64,000 bases of DNA from contig NC_092680.1 of NCBI RefSeq assembly GCF_964355755.1, forward strand, positions 8,060,001-8,124,000. The letters run 5' to 3'. Position numbers and translations under genes: made by a program. The stretch is from Antedon mediterranea (lineage: Eukaryota > Animalia > Echinodermata). Shown one piece after another: positions 63,590 through 64,000 of the stretch. The notes under the pieces are model-generated. The model made no database searches. It was given only the letters and a program-made list of their open reading frames with translations, and was not told the DNA's origin. Numbering within the stretch: the first letter of the stretch is position 1; every line of letters starts with the position of its first letter.

Positions 63590-63955
63590 TAAACCAGGTT
63601 ACTCCTTGTCTTAAAATGTACGTTTTATGGTTAATTAGGCCTATGATAAAGGCCTAGAAACTGGCCAGCTAATCTAGCCTGGCATTTGTCTAGTTACTGC
63701 ATTAATTGTCTTTTTTGTGACATGCAAAATCCGTTAATAAAAATTGGAGAAGACTCGACCATGATGGTACGACTAGACCAAGTATTTTCTCTGAAAAGTT
63801 ACGGTTCTGTCATTTGTTTTGCACGCCTTCACACACGATCGATATCGAAAACAGGCCTAAGTTGGTGCATCACAGAAGCAAAATGAAAATATCAATCCGC
63901 GCGCAATCGACTTATTTTTTTCACATTTTTACCGTTTAAAAACGAAAAAAACAGG
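63590..63955 (+). mobile_element. Internally deleted copy of the 6576-7202 family
   Basis: tccttgtcttaaa(a)tgtacgttttatgg, ctgcattaattgtcttt, ctgaaaagtta, aatatcaatccgcgcgcaat and cacatttt-accgtttaaa are shared, in the same order, with 6655-7110. Confidence 0.8.
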
Positions 63956-64000
63956 CGATATACCGTAAATGATTATGTCGTTATTACCAGCTGCTCATCA

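Overview
AT-rich, intron-containing animal genomic DNA, not prokaryotic. It is probably an invertebrate deuterostome, which is an inference from gene content and repeat style. Reading GT-AG exons by hand gives five spliced genes. (1) A PDE7-type cAMP phosphodiesterase (+, 14 exons, 2774-25058; its first exon is not identified in the window). (2) A mitochondrial fission regulator, MTFR1/MTFR2 family (-, 35357-37970). (3) ARMC1 (+, 45347-47756), head-to-head with MTFR. (4-5) Two tandem SRCR-EGF scavenger-receptor paralogs: one membrane-anchored (49646-54129) and one apparently secreted (56326-63039). The order and orientation PDE7 >< MTFR <> ARMC1 match the vertebrate PDE7A-MTFR1-ARMC1 block. 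Introns and intergenic DNA carry a 3.2-kb 69/61-bp satellite, a decayed RTE LINE interrupted by a TIR element, a young CR1/L2-group LINE, a 2.35-kb foldback element, a tRNA-derived SINE and several MITE families. An unexplained promoter-plus-first-exon signature lies at about 33.4-33.7 kb on the minus strand. No CRISPR array or bacterial system is present. Coordinates were read by eye and homology calls rest on remembered motifs, not on database searches.
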